64,000 nucleotides of DNA, taken from Octopus vulgaris. Lineage: Eukaryota. The notes under the pieces were generated by a model. That model was not told where the DNA came from, made no database searches, and saw only the letters and a list, made by a program, of their open reading frames with translations. The DNA lies in contig OX597820.1 of NCBI GenBank assembly GCA_951406725.2, positions 86,118,001 to 86,182,000 on the forward strand, given 5' to 3'. This document shows positions 12,040-25,407 of the stretch, one piece after another; position 1 is the stretch's first letter, and each line of letters opens with the position of its first letter. The position numbers and the translations under genes are program-made.

Positions 12040-14690
12040 GTTTGTGTGTTTGCCCATGTCCACATTGGCGCATTCGGGAAGTCTTGTCGGTACCTGTCAG
12101 TCAATTAGAAACGACTGAGCAGATTTGTGAGGTTTCCTATCGGCTAGCCCAACTCTATCCAGGCGTGCATCGAAAGTGGCGTTCCAATCGCCCACTGGAA
12201 CTAAAGACCGAGACATCCCAAGGAAAATCTCCATACGTCTGAACAAATCTTGTTGCCCCGCCCCAGATATAGCATGCACAGCGACTAGATTAAAAGCACC
12301 ACCTTCCCTGCTGTGTACATCCAGGATCACCAACTAACCTTCTGGGGCCAGAAAGTTGGTCCATATCTTGAAATCCAGGTTCATCGTAAACAGCACTGAT
12401 ACCCTGACCCAATTCCAGGCAGACTAAGAGATGCATAGATCTCGAAATCGCCAAAATTGGAGCTAGATCGCGGGTGTCGGAAAATCGCTGACAGCAGTCA
12501 TATGCATAGATAGTGACCTGAAGCGGTTGTGCAGATGACTCTTCTTCCAGAGCGAACCCAGGACACGAACATTTGTGCGAGCTACTCTTAAACACCACAT
12601 CATGATGACCTGGCAGAATTTACAGAAGACAGAAAGGGACATCTACTTATCACTTGTGTGTCATTAGAGGTAAGGTGGCGTAACGTCCATGAGTCGTTTG
12701 TGTTCCCTCTGAGAACACGTTTAAAAGCCTACACGTGGCCTTTACATTAGAGGTTCCCACGCCTTGCAGAAGCTCCTCCTAATGAGTTCATATGCCTCTA
12801 TAGGCATCCGCACCAACACTAATGATTCTGGCACTTGAAAGGTGTTGGTGCCAAATATCACACATTCACTCCCGACATCCTTCCTTCCTGATAGGATCTC
12901 CATCAATTGTTTATTTGACCTCCTCGCTAGCACGAAATTTGGTGTTTATGAAGTTGCTTCTGGCTGTTGTGAGTGTTCGGTCGGTTGTTGGTCGGTTGTT
13001 GTAGTTGGGTAGTGTTGTCGACGAAGTTTTTGATTGTGGTGCTGGAGTGGTTGGTGATGCTGTAGGTGTCTCTATGGCAGTTGTCGGTGTATTCTCTATG
13101 TTTTTGATGTGTTGATGTGGAATTTGATGCATTTTTGTGATACCTCTTCGATATTTTTAGTTTTTGTGGGCCCCCACTCATATTCGGTGTGTGTTGCCAA
13201 TGAATCTGAGACTGTGGAATCAGTGCGTGGATCGATGGGTTTTAAGGTAGACGGAGAGAGGGAGGGCGTGGGGAGGCTTCATTGAGGGAGCCCCTGGGTG
13301 CTGTGAGTGTTCTTGTATATTATCAGTTCTGCTGTCCAGACGAGTAAAGCTGGTGCATCTCTTGCAGGTGTTAATGGTATTGTTGGTGTTGCTGATGCTG
13401 CGGAAGCTGCTGGAGTTGTTGCTATGGCTGGTGTTGCTGCTGTGACTGATGCTGATGATATTGCTGGGCTTGCTGTTGGTACAGGGGTTGATGCTCATGT
13501 TGGTGTTGGTGACTTTCCTCGTCTATTGGTTCTTGCTGTTCTTGTTGATGATGATGACATTGTCTCCGTGGTTGGTGCTGCTTTTGATACTGGCCGTTGC
13601 CGATTTAGTTGTTCCTGTTGAGGTTTTTGGGGACCTATGTTAGTAGTAAGGGACAACCAAGTTTTCCTGTCTTCTGTTGGGGAAGAAGACTCTCAAGTAT
13701 CACATTGCCCCACACAGGTGGCACCGTGATCTTCTATTGTCCACTGTGACATGTAATTCTTCTCCTCCTGGAAGGTGAATAAGGCCTGGGATCTTGTGAA
13801 TAGCTTATTGTTGAATGTGGAGGAGTACCATTACACTGGTTCCAGAACAATTTTCACGTCCTGTCCTTTTGACCTCCAGGAGGCCGTTGCTCCCTTCGAA
13901 AACGATTGCTACGAGAGTCCACCACAGGGTTACCTCTGGTGGTATCCCAGCGATCTTTAGGAGTACCATCCTCCTTCCTAAATAGGATGGATTGAGCACA
14001 TATTCTTCGCTCCGACAGGGAACCACGGAGTGTTTGGCAGCCAGAGCTTCAGATTTAAAGAGCACTGAAATGCCCGGAAACTGTTAGGCCCTCGATATAT
14101 GAACAATGTCGGGCGTTATTTCTTTCAGGGCCCGTTCCATGTTCGAAGCCTCGCAGTCTCTGGCCGCTTCGTGTTTACAGAGACGCATCTGTAAAACATA
14201 ATTTTCTCTTTCGTTTCTACCAACATCTCGCGGGGGATAGCAATACTGGATTGCGCCTTTTCGAGTCTTATTAACTTAGCTGCCTCAGCTAAACACATGT
14301 CTTTTCTGAAGCAGATCAATACCAAAATATTCTTTGCTTCTTGCTGCTGTATCTGCGAAAGAAGTAGTCTGGTTCATGTTGTCATTTATTACGATGTTAT
14401 TCGTTGTCGTGGTGGCGGTGGTGGCGTTGGCCGTGGTCGAGACACTGTCACCATGAGATATCTTTTGTTTATTCGTTGTAGTGGTGGTTTTACGGATCTT
14501 TTGAATTTGGAGTATTCCACTGAATTGGAGGGATTTCAGCTTCCTAGTTTGTGGTGTCGCTAAAGATGTTCGTATTAATATTTTCTGAAGTCTCTGCAAT
14601 TTCGTATGCGAGAATTTGAACTTGCTGTGTGTTTGCCTCCCCTTCTACTTCTGGGTAGTAGGGGGAGGGCACTACGACGTCTTGCAACGC
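12040..14690 (-). mobile_element. L1/Tx1-like LINE, 5' portion (5'UTR, decayed ORF1, start of APE endonuclease)
   Basis: Minus strand: ORF1 remnants (KIAGIPPEV..., HVTVDNRRSRCHLCG zinc-knuckle remnant near 13700, Thr/Pro-rich tail), then ORF2 LVILDV...FNLVAVHA...VGDWNATFDARLDR...MWTW. Confidence 0.8.
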
Positions 14691-14715
14691 TCTCTCTCTC
14701 TCTTTATCTCTCTCC

Positions 14716-14779
<64 letters not shown>
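14691..14779. repeat. (TC)n microsatellite abutting the LINE 5' end
   Basis: Direct reading. Confidence 0.95.
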
Positions 14780-14782
<3 letters not shown>

Positions 14783-16039
14783 ACACATCTCACTCCTCTT
14801 GCATGTTCTTCAACAAGGTTGGTTTCGCTATATGAGTTTTCTTTTTAAATTAATTTTGAAAGAATTATTTTGAGATTACAAGTACCAAGATGGACACTAA
14901 CAACACAAAGCGATCACCCTATGCAAAGGTGCTGCTTTAGAAAAATGCTTAGTAACAAAATAAGCAAGTTACAACATGGTACTGACTATAAAAGCAGAAA
15001 GCCTCTCTTTTGTGTCAGCTATAACCAAGGAGCAACACTTTCCCTTTCTCCTTCGCTTGACATAGAACAGCGTGGTGAAATTTAGTAGAAATGACCCGGA
15101 CGTTGTTCCTCTTCGATTACTATCGCAAACAGCAGTAGCTTTCTTCAACTGAATACATGTCGATGATTAGTTAAAATTACCAAAATACGACAATTTTAAC
15201 ACGAAATAACTTCTAAAATACGAAACGTTGATAGTGAACCGTGTTCAGCCTGAGAAATTACACCCTCGTACGAAGTTTAAAACTGTTTAGTTAACAAAAA
15301 TATATTTTTTAATCCGTAAGCGTAACTCAACAAATCCCATGCCTTTTATTGTAACATCACAATTAAATGCACGATTAAAAAAATTAAATACATAAGTACC
15401 TGCCAATATATACAAACTCCATAATTACAAATACTGTAAACCCCAGAAAAACTTATAAAAAGAAAGAAAAATTTCAAAGAAAAAATTCAGAAATTCAATA
15501 AGGTGAGCATCAGAATATATATATACACATATATAATTAGTTTTTCTATCAGTAAAAACGGCGGTGCATCAGCATGACCGCAGCTCTGAGCTGAAACTAG
15601 AAAAAAAATTGAATAAGCTGAATTAGTTCTTTTCAAGGCCAATGCCAAGATCAGCACTCTCATTGATCGCTAGTATTAGTAAACACCCAATACCTCTGCT
15701 AACCCACATGAATGCCTATTGCTTATCTCTTTACCATCTACCGAATCTATTTACGGACCTGTGGAATTTAATCTTTTAACCAAGCTGTCTCGCTTGCTCC
15801 TATTATTCCTTTAAACACTCACGTATTTATGATTATCTCAAATACAAGACAAAATTTGAAACTAAACAATATTCAATAATACCTTTCAATAATAAATAGA
15901 AATAATAGTAATGATGGTAATAATAGTGATAATAATAATAATGCTAATAATTTAGCCTAAACTCACGTCGGATCAGAGAAAACATTAACAATTACGAATA
16001 GAAAAATGAAAATAATAATAACAGTGATGATAATAATAA

Positions 16040-18286
16040 CTAAAGGAAGCGGCTGGGTCTCCCTACGCTCTGCTTGATGTTAATTGCGCACCCTGATAAC
16101 CGTTACCTCATATGAGTGACATTGACTAAACAAAATATTTTGAATAACGGGGGTAATGAAACTGAAGCCCTTCAATGTGACAGTATTACACCCGGCAGAA
16201 TCAGAGATACTGGTCCGACTCAAGCCTGTTGTTATCCAGCAAGGGACCAGCACACACTGCGTAGATGGAACAAATAAGTCAATGCTGTGGTCATGGAGTG
16301 TTACTACCTCAGCAACTCCGTAGACGAAAACGGTGTTCGTCTTAGGGGATACCGACAACGTATTTATGATAAATGAAGAAAAAGAGGATTATTTCAACTC
16401 ACGGAACGGATATTATGCGATCAAGCTAGCGCAATTAAAATAAATCGTTGGTTCACAGAAGTAAAGCTCGAAGCTATCAAAAGACGAGTATTGGAAAACA
16501 GCAGAGGAAACGATGGAAATTACAGTTCCTACTAATTAAAGTAATCTCATATCAGAAAACAAAGCTGAAATCTCTAATAAACCACAGGAAAGTAACAGTG
16601 CTGGCTTCCTCAATGAGAGACAGATGGTTTGGAAGAAGACGATAAAATTAATGGTGACATGACAGATGAGCAAAAGACAATCTACGACAGAATAAAGGCA
16701 AGGCTGCAGGAGAACGATAGGGACATTATTAGCAACCTTAAAAATGTTGATCGGTGGTAATTGAACCAAGAAACGAAAAATGTGAATATAATTCTGAAAT
16801 ACATCGGAACAAAAAACATCGCAGAAACAGAATACAGGCAGAGTTAGATATGCTATCGATAGACATTTCTGTGTTAGACCGAAAAGATAAGGGGGGGCTT
16901 AAAGGCGTACAAAAATACAGAGCACTGAGAAGGAAGTATGATATTGAAAGAAAGGGTCTGAGAATGGTAGTGGAGGAACTGAAACAGCGCGTCGTTGCAA
17001 AGAAAGCAAAGATGGTAAGATATAACCAACGGACGGAGGGATACCAGCAGAATAGATTATTCAAAATAGATCAGAAGGGATTCTACAAAGAAATAAATGG
17101 CGAGTGTACAGATGAAAATTTGATACCAGATAACAATGGAAGTCAAAGGTTTTGGAGTTGCAAGAACTGAAACAAACAGAAGTCGGTCCAAAGCAGGCAG
17201 AACTAACCATTTCGGTTAGGAGAGTGAAGGAAATCAGCAAAAACATGGGCAATTAGAAGGGTCAGGGATCAGATGGCTATCAAGGATACTAGGTCAAAAT
17301 ATTTTGTGAATGTCACGCACGAATAGCTGTACAAGTCAACACATTCATATATGCCGATCAAGTAACACGGAGTGGTTGACAATGGGTAGGACAGTGCTGT
17401 GTTGAAAAAGTCGAAATTAAACGGACGGAAGGAGATTGAAGCTATCAACACCAGTGCGGTTTTACTACTTATATACGGCTCAGGGATAATCGCATGGACA
17501 GTGGACGAACTGAGCAGCTTAGTCAGGAAAACAAGGAAGTTGCTGAATAAATATGGGATAATCCATCCAAAAAATGACACAGACAGACTGTATGTACCAA
17601 GAAAAAGAGGGGGAAGAGGACTGATTGGATACGAATACAGCATTAGAGCAGAAGAAAACAACATACCCTGGTATATATAAAATGCCATAGAACCAGAATT
17701 ATTGGAAGTAAGAAGATCAGGCTGGTGTAGTATGGAAAATTACAAAGATAAAGTACTGTACAAGAACTTGAGAATGAATGAGACTCAAAATAGGTGGATA
17801 AAGAAAAGAATGCATGGACAATTTCATAGGGATGTTGAAGATAAGACAGACAGAGAAGAAAGATAGCTGTGGATGACTAAAAGTGGTTTAGAATAGGAAA
17901 CAGAGGTTTTAATCTGAGCTGCACAAGAGCAAACATTAAGAATGCATTACATCAAATACAGAATAGACAACACATCAGAAAGTGATGGTTGTAGAATTTT
18001 GGGATAAAATGCTGAGACCGTATGGTATATTACCAGTCAATTTACGCCACTTGCCCAGAAATAATATAAGAGATGTCATGACAATATAGCAAGGATTGTC
18101 CGTTGGACACTTTGCAACAAGTATAGACTTGACAGTGCAAAAAGTTGGTACAAACATAAAACCGAAACATCATCGAAAATGATAATGCAAATATCCTATG
18201 GGATTTATGATTCGCTGCGACCATGAAAGAGAGAATAGGAAACCAGACATAGTTTTAATTGAGAAAGAAAGCAAACGATGCTGTTC
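16040..18286 (+). mobile_element. R4/Dong-like non-LTR retrotransposon with RT core deleted
   Basis: KQRVVAKKAKMVRY..QQNRLFKIDQKGFY; WLTMGRTVLC joined directly to KSKLNG..AINT; DRLYVPRKRGGRGL; MHGQF; decayed CCHC; RKPDIVL; preceded by (TAA)n. Confidence 0.85.
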
Positions 18287-18825
18287 ATAAATCAGAGACA
18301 GAAGAATTTATCATAGCAACCCAGGATCAATGACTACTCACAAGAAACTACCTGGTTAACATATTAAAGAACAGCTGTAACCTAACATGTCGTGTATGTC
18401 GACAACAAAATGAAACCATTGACCATGTTGTCTCCTTGTGCAGTCTTCTTGCGCCTACAGAGTTTCTCATCAGGCATGATAGTGCAGCAAAATATATTCA
18501 CTGGGTAATTTGCAAAATCCTGGACCTGCCACATGATAAAACTGGTGAGAACATGAACCACCTCCATTGCTTGAAAATGATCACATCTCACTCCTCTGGA
18601 ACTTCACCATTTAAAGTGACAGAAACATAGATGCGAATAGACCAGGCATTATATTGAAGGACTCCAGACAAAGGTTATACCTCCTCGTTGATATGAGTGT
18701 CTCAATCGACATGAATGTATTCGTCAAGACCTACCAAAAACTGAGCAAGTATAAAAATCTTCAAATAGAAATTGGCAAAATGTGGAACCTTAAGACTAAA
18801 ACAATAATCGTCGTCATAGGCCATA

Positions 18826-19057
18826 TGCCCGTGAGAATATGGCGTAGTAGTTAAGAGCGCGTGCTACTAACCCCAAGATTCCGAGTTCGATTCTAGGCAG
18901 TGACCTCAATAATAATAACAACAACAACATCGAATAATACCTTAGGAATGTTCGAAATTTCCCCAAGACACCTGATGAAGTCGGAGAGTATATCAGCCGA
19001 AACGTTAACAACAAAAATGAGGAAAGTATCCGTCAATTGTAAATAATGTAAACAATG
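18826..19057 (+). mobile_element. tRNA-derived SINE family E carrying a hammerhead-like motif
   Basis: A box TGGCGTAGTAG (18840-18850), B box GAGTTCGATTC (18883-18893), CTGATGA...GAAAC module, (TGTAAATAA)n tail; interrupts the R4 ORF. Confidence 0.75.
18967..19006 (+). ncRNA. Minimal type I hammerhead-like motif (decayed)
   Basis: ACAC-CTGATGA(18972-78)-AGTCGG..CAGCC-GAAA(18999-19002)-CGTT; helix II is mismatched and the helix I 3' strand is missing in this copy. Confidence 0.55.
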
Positions 19058-19290
19058 TTCAAAAGCTAGTGCTCTTGGAAACTGCCCATATCCTACGTAA
19101 AATACTTTCTATGTAATCGCAAATTTTAAAACAAACTCTTAAACATTCTCTAGAACAATGCAATGTGCAAAAGCAAATATATGACACCCTAGACATAACA
19201 CCAACATGAACTTCTAACTTGTTGTATCTTGAGGTCTCTTGGCTAAGACTTGGAGCCAACTTGTACAAATACAAATCAAAAGTCAAACAT

Positions 19291-19343
19291 ATAATATTAA
19301 TAATAATATTAATAATAATAATAATAATAATAACAACAACAAC

Positions 19344-19414
<71 letters not shown>

Positions 19415-19495
19415 TAATAATAGTAATAATAATTATAATAATAAGGATGATGATAATGATGATGATGTTGATGATGATGATGATGATGATAATAT
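19291..19495. repeat. (TAA)n/(GAT)n microsatellite (tail or target of the R4/Dong element)
   Basis: Direct reading. Confidence 0.95.
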
Positions 19496-21542
19496 ATTAT
19501 TCATTTTTCCGTTGTCAGCAACATCAATTTTGGGGATGTAAAGAATAAAATATGATGTACAGAAAGCCTTGAAATAACTACTCTAACAGAAAATACGAGA
19601 CCTGCAGGCTAAATATTAAATCTAAACGAGTTGTAAGGAGAATAGGGGAAAACTACAAGAAGAAACAACCATATAGACAAAGAAAATAAAAGAAAAATAG
19701 AAAGGGACATGCACAGACAGGAATATACATGGAATCACTTTCGAATTAGTCTTAAAAATACAGCGTGTTATACGAAGTAATCCTAGCAGGAACGATGGTG
19801 GGACTTTCAGCCTTGTGTAAAAATAATTGAAATATCTACTAACCAGAATTTACAAACAAGTAATTCCTTCTACATCCATATTAATCCCTTTACCTAATTT
19901 TTCTTATTTAACTAGCAACTGACTTTCTTAAGTGTCACCTGTTTAGGATCACTTGTCTCAGTAATACACTAAATATCAAGAGAACTCTTCTTACATTGAT
20001 TTGGTAGTATAGAACCTTAACAGAATATCGGAAAACACCAGTTACAAATGATTTATTTGAACTGTTTGGAAAGATAGATAGATCTTCTCCCTTGAATGAC
20101 ACAACAACATCAAAAACCCAGTATAATCGACCAAGTATTGTAGAAATATAGCATTAGAGTGTTACTAGTAATAACAAATATTAAAGACTCCTACCAACAG
20201 ATACCTAGATACTAAAAGGTATCTATACACATCCAGAATGCGAAGAGCTACAAATATAAAAATACAGTGTTGAGTTCTACCAGTATAAAGACCTACAGAT
20301 CTAGACATGTTTGTGATAGAAGAACTGATAATGTATACGACAGATTTTAGTGCGAGATATTTGTGAGAAAGATAGTAAAAATGAGAATTTTCTGTTGCCT
20401 AATGCATGTAGTATAAAAATAATTAGGCCTGGACAGTAGATTATATTCTCTACCACTTGAAAGGAATGAGATAAAACAAAGATGGCTTTGACAGCAGGGT
20501 GCAACATAGTATGGCATCTTTAGGGTGCAATAGGTCTGTCTACTTGTATTATGTACACTGATACGTATATATGTTGACAGTGGTAGATCTCTACATCGAG
20601 ACTTTCTATGCTAGATGACAATATAGATAGTTTACGGGTATATGCATGTCAGCAAAGTTCACAAATAATCATGAATATATAAACTGTTCCCTCTATCGGA
20701 ACATTTGTAATATAAAGTACGATATTGACTGGAGGAGACACGTCCAGTATAGTTTTGTATGTTTGGACACACTAATTGTTAGCTATGTCCAGCAATAGAA
20801 AACTATATTTGACGTCTCTTGCACATTATTCAACTCTAAGGTGTATCACTTCCACCATGAAACTTTTATAGCGAACCTACCTTCAGATCCATACATACCA
20901 TGACTTCAAATCTTCATTCTGTCTGTTCAAATTATACTTTTGCTCAACAGAGAAAAAGAATATGAACATCAACTGTACCGGCTTACAGAAATGTATAAGT
21001 TCTTTGTGCTCTAATGTATCTATTCATTGAACGTCTTACCTTCTTTGGTTACATGTCAAAGAATTACAAGGTTGTCGATTACATTATTGTAATCAACTGC
21101 ATATATTTATATTGTGAAAATTCGATATCCAAAGCTTCGTCTGTGTGACTTGAAATGACCGAGTAGAGAGGATAGCTACTCGGGAAGTGGGGTCCGTACC
21201 GCATACACTGTGCTGAAAATGAATATCAAAGATAGAAAAAGGTAGATATGTATAAATATCAATATATATATATATATATTTTCGAAATCAAATCATGACA
21301 TGCATGTTGGCCTGCAGAGTCATGATTCTAACATGCACTGCCGAGGTTCAATTCCTGGGATAAAGCAATGTGCAATAGACTAAAGTCTATTCTATGAAGG
21401 GGTATATCTCCTATCTACACGCACTTTTACAAAAACACGGAATAAACACATTGATCACATGTATCAATGTGATTCATGAAATGCGAAGCTTAATTAGTAA
21501 TTAAAGTTGTTGAAAGAAGTAATTACGTGTTTGTATTTACAG

Positions 21543-21619
21543 ATCACTTTCAAAGAACTAATGATCTTCACACTAGAGAGGAACCAAAGTACAGAGAAAT
21601 AATCAAGATTACTGATAAG
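21543..21619 (+). other. Candidate exon of an unidentified host transcript
   Basis: TTTGTATTTACAG| acceptor, AAG|GTATGC donor; one frame reads through as HFQRTNDLHTREEPKYREIIKITDK. Confidence 0.35.
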
Positions 21620-21995
21620 GTATGCGCTCTAGAAAATTAATATGACTGCCAGCTATGTTATTATAAAGTGTGTGATCTTATGAATCACTTGGAAACTGCT
21701 GATGACGAATAGTATCATTTCTTCCGTCACCTTTTCCAACAGTAATATTTTTTTTCTTAAATAATATATGCTCAGTTAGCGAAACTTTAGAACGCAACTC
21801 ATTCCACATCCAACGTACTAATCCTATTAAAATGTTATTAACTGTCATTGTTGACTTCATAGTACAGACCATCACTAGATTCCTCGAATTACAAGCTTTA
21901 TATTTTTTTGCTTTTCACCTGCAGTTGATTGCTAATTATGTAAATATAATACAGATATTTTTAAGATAATTTCTTTCTAATTCTTACATATTTAG

Positions 21996-22069
21996 GAGTA
22001 TTTCTCTTCAACATTTGTGCCAACTGTTGAGCATATATAGAGCTGCAGCACTGTGTAGAAAATATTTAG
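21996..22069 (+). other. Candidate exon
   Basis: TTCTTTCTAATTCTTACATATTTAG| acceptor with CTAAT branch-like motif; TAG|GTAGGC donor. Confidence 0.3.
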
Positions 22070-22544
22070 GTAGGCTGCATATTGTCCATAGTAAAACCAA
22101 CCACAAGGTTTTTAAAATAAAATTTATTTCTATAGGAGTTTATCACAATATTTACATAATTATATACGGGCTTGACAATGGGGTATTGTGCCAGAAGTAG
22201 AGAGAATTGTTCTTAGATACATTAATAAGAGGAATGAATAGCTTTGTGTGAAGCTATACATTCATAATGCTATTCGTCATAATCGACGATATTTTTAAAC
22301 AAGAAACTAGTCTTCTTACGGACTTGTCTGTGTCACATAAATGTGCCTCTCAAATACGAACTGACTAGCTGCATATGTGAGTGTGACAGGAGGTGAGGAT
22401 AATGTGGTCATGGTACGTGCTTGAAGAAGTGATTTGTAAACAAAAAGCCTCTTTCAAATACAGGTCGAGCAGGAACCAAGAATTCTGTGTTAGACTAACT
22501 TCTTTGGATCCTTCTCTAACCTCTGCGCTGATTCTGGCGATCCG

Positions 22545-22822
22545 CCTTCATTCGAGCAAATCGACCCCAGGACATATTCTTTGTAAGCCTAGTACTTATT
22601 ATATCGATTCCTTTTGCCTAACCGCTAAGTTACGGGGACGTAAACACAGCAGCATCGGTTATCAAGCGATGTTGGGGGGAGAAACACAGACACACAAACA
22701 CACACATACATACATATACATATATACGACGGGCTTCTTTTCAGTTTCCGTCTACCGAATCCGTTCCCAAGGCTTTGGTCGGCCCGAGGCTCTAGTAGAA
22801 GACACTTGCTCAAGGTGCCACG
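22545..22822 (-). mobile_element. SINE family A, 5'-truncated
   Basis: Reverse complement of 2095-2395. Confidence 0.85.
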
Positions 22823-22891
22823 CATATATATATATATATACAGAGAGAGAGAGAGAGAGAGAGATACATACATATACATATATATATATAT

Positions 22892-22958
<67 letters not shown>

Positions 22959-24109
22959 ACTTAATAATTGACTTACACACACACATTTACACATAGACAC
23001 AAATTTATGTGCATATGTGACTTACTGTCTGTGTGTGTGTGAGAGAGAGAGAGAGAGAGGTGGGTAGGGATAAATTGTAGCTAAAATCTAGATGGCTCTT
23101 GTGTTTGCCCCACATGATCTATACCGGGTTATATATCATACCCATAATTGCCTGCATCATAAATGTACTTACAGGAATAGAACACCTACTCCCTTCTTAA
23201 TCCAACGTCCTCCATGCTACGCTACTATATGCGTGCGTGTTGTCTGTATTTGGATAGAGGTATCGACGCATAGATATAATATAGGCAGACACACAGAAAG
23301 ATAGATATTTGCATATGGCTAATATCATTGACAGGCTTTAACTACGAAGGTATGTTAAACAGCACAAAGTGAAACCAATACTCACATAAAATATACTATT
23401 ACCATATTTCAAGTATTAAATAATTATTGAAGAATACTGAGGACAAGGAAATAATACAAATGAGATTGCTTTGTCATTCTTCGATTGACAGTCATAAATG
23501 TAGCTGTCCTTCATATAAACGTTGTGTGTGTTTAGTGCATTTTTTGTTATATGTGTATTCTTTACTGTGTAGTTCTGTGTCTGTGTATTCATGTTTGATA
23601 GTATGTGTATGTATGTATGTATATATATATATATATATATATAATTTGTATGTGGTTCTATAAATGTGTTTTGTGTACGTGATTTCGGTAGGAGGAATAC
23701 AACTAAAAATATTAATGCCAATATTATGTTGAATAATTGAGACACAAGACTCATGGTTTATTAGTTTGATTTGAGGTTTAAAGGTTCTCGATGATTCATT
23801 GAACTGTCAGAGTGCCAGAGAAACAAGGGTAGGAAAAAATGAATAAAAGACATCATCTGTTAAATGGATCTGAGTGGAAATTTCCACTTTACGTATTCAT
23901 TGTTGATTATTGTTGGCATTCGGATTCCTAGCCGAGCTAAACGATTTTCATTGTTAGATACACAGTATTAGGTTTTGCGGTAACAACTAGATATTAGCTG
24001 TCATTTGTTGCTGGAGGAATGGATTAAACTATGGTTGTTTATGAAAGTGTTGTTATTATTAACAACAGAATATACCAAAACGGTTGTTGCGGAAAGTCGA
24101 TTTTTACCT

Positions 24110-24260
24110 CTTTTACTTGTTTCAGTTATTGTACTAAGCCATGTTGGGACACCATCTTGAAGGATTTAGTTGACGTATTCAACCCTAGAACACACTTTTA
24201 AGCCTAGTACTCTTTTTATAGGTCTCTTATATAGAACCCGTCTGTCAAGCTGTGGGTGAG
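24110..24260 (-). mobile_element. SINE family A 3' part, degraded
   Basis: CTCTTTTACTTGTTTCAG...AAGCCTAGTACT. Confidence 0.6.
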
Positions 24261-24370
24261 CAGCAAAGACAGGCACAACGACACATGCATTAATATCTCT
24301 CTCTATCTATCTGTCTATCTACCTATCTAACTATCTATCTATCTAACTATCTATCTATCTATCTATCTCT

Positions 24371-24464
<94 letters not shown>

Positions 24465-24481
24465 TATATATATATATAGTA

Positions 24482-24645
24482 AGTGCAGGCGTGACTGTGT
24501 GCTAAGAAGATTGCTTCCCAACCACATGGTTCCAGTTACATTCCCACTGCGTGGCACCGTAGGCAAGCGTCTTTTACAATATCCTCGGGCCGATCAAAGC
24601 CTTGGGAGTGGATTTGGTAGACGGAAACTGAAAGAAGCCTGTCAT
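24482..24645 (+). mobile_element. SINE family A 5' part
   Basis: CCAACCACATGGTTCC..CCCACTGCGTGGCACC..GGTAGACGGAAACTGAAAGAAGCC. Confidence 0.85.
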
Positions 24646-25407
24646 ATATATATATATATATATGTGTGTGTTCTATATTAAACAAAATTTAAATGTTTGT
24701 TTATAAATTATTTCGTTACATCATATGCATTTCACTAACAACTATACCTGCTTGATAAATCAAAATCTTAGTAACAGTTTATATCATCTAATCATAAGAT
24801 ATTACGTAACACATTTAATTCGCCTAAATGATATGTAGAGTAAATTGAACAGTATCAACGACCATATTTAAAATGCGTTGAATAATTTACTTGAATACGA
24901 ATTGCGAAGGTTGAACAACTTTTCTTTATCATAGCAGATAAGTTGGTATGCTTCTTTCTGTTAATGAGCAGACAAATGTTGGATGCCTGATTACACTGGT
25001 CAGCAACCAGAATGCTTCTGAGACAGAGTAGTAATTTCCAACTAATGTTAGGTCGCTGATAATGCATATCATGGTTAAAAATGTTTGTTAGCTTTACTTT
25101 TCAAGTACGTTTCTTACCACACTCACAGTCGCACTGTCCTTCAGTATTGTTCCAGCAGTCATAGGAGGTGGTTTTGTTGTGTAAGTCTATATACTGAGGT
25201 GAAAGGTAGGTGATTTCCCTGGTCAAACACTTATTAATCTTATAATAAATATTCATTGAGACAGCTATTGATATGCATATGAGGTATTTTATATTAGTTC
25301 TATTTTTCAACTGAATGATATAAATACTGCTGCTCTAAAGTATAATGATGAATATATGAATGAATATTCTGTTTATCTTCTAACTGTTTATTGCTTCCTT
25401 CTTTCAG

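Larger units (their letters stand above)
18287..19290 (+). mobile_element. 3' part of a second R4/Dong-like family (CCHC, RLE endonuclease, 3'UTR), interrupted by a SINE
   Basis: KSETEEFIIATQDQ, CRVCRQQNETIDHVVSLC..RHD, KLSKYKNLQIEIGKMWNLKT, VQKLVLLETAHILRKILSM*, ends in (TAA)n. Confidence 0.85.

Noticed and set aside
13307-13621. Ala/Val/Gly-rich plus-strand protein
   Set aside because: Antisense shadow of the Thr/Pro/Gln-rich tail of the minus-strand LINE ORF1
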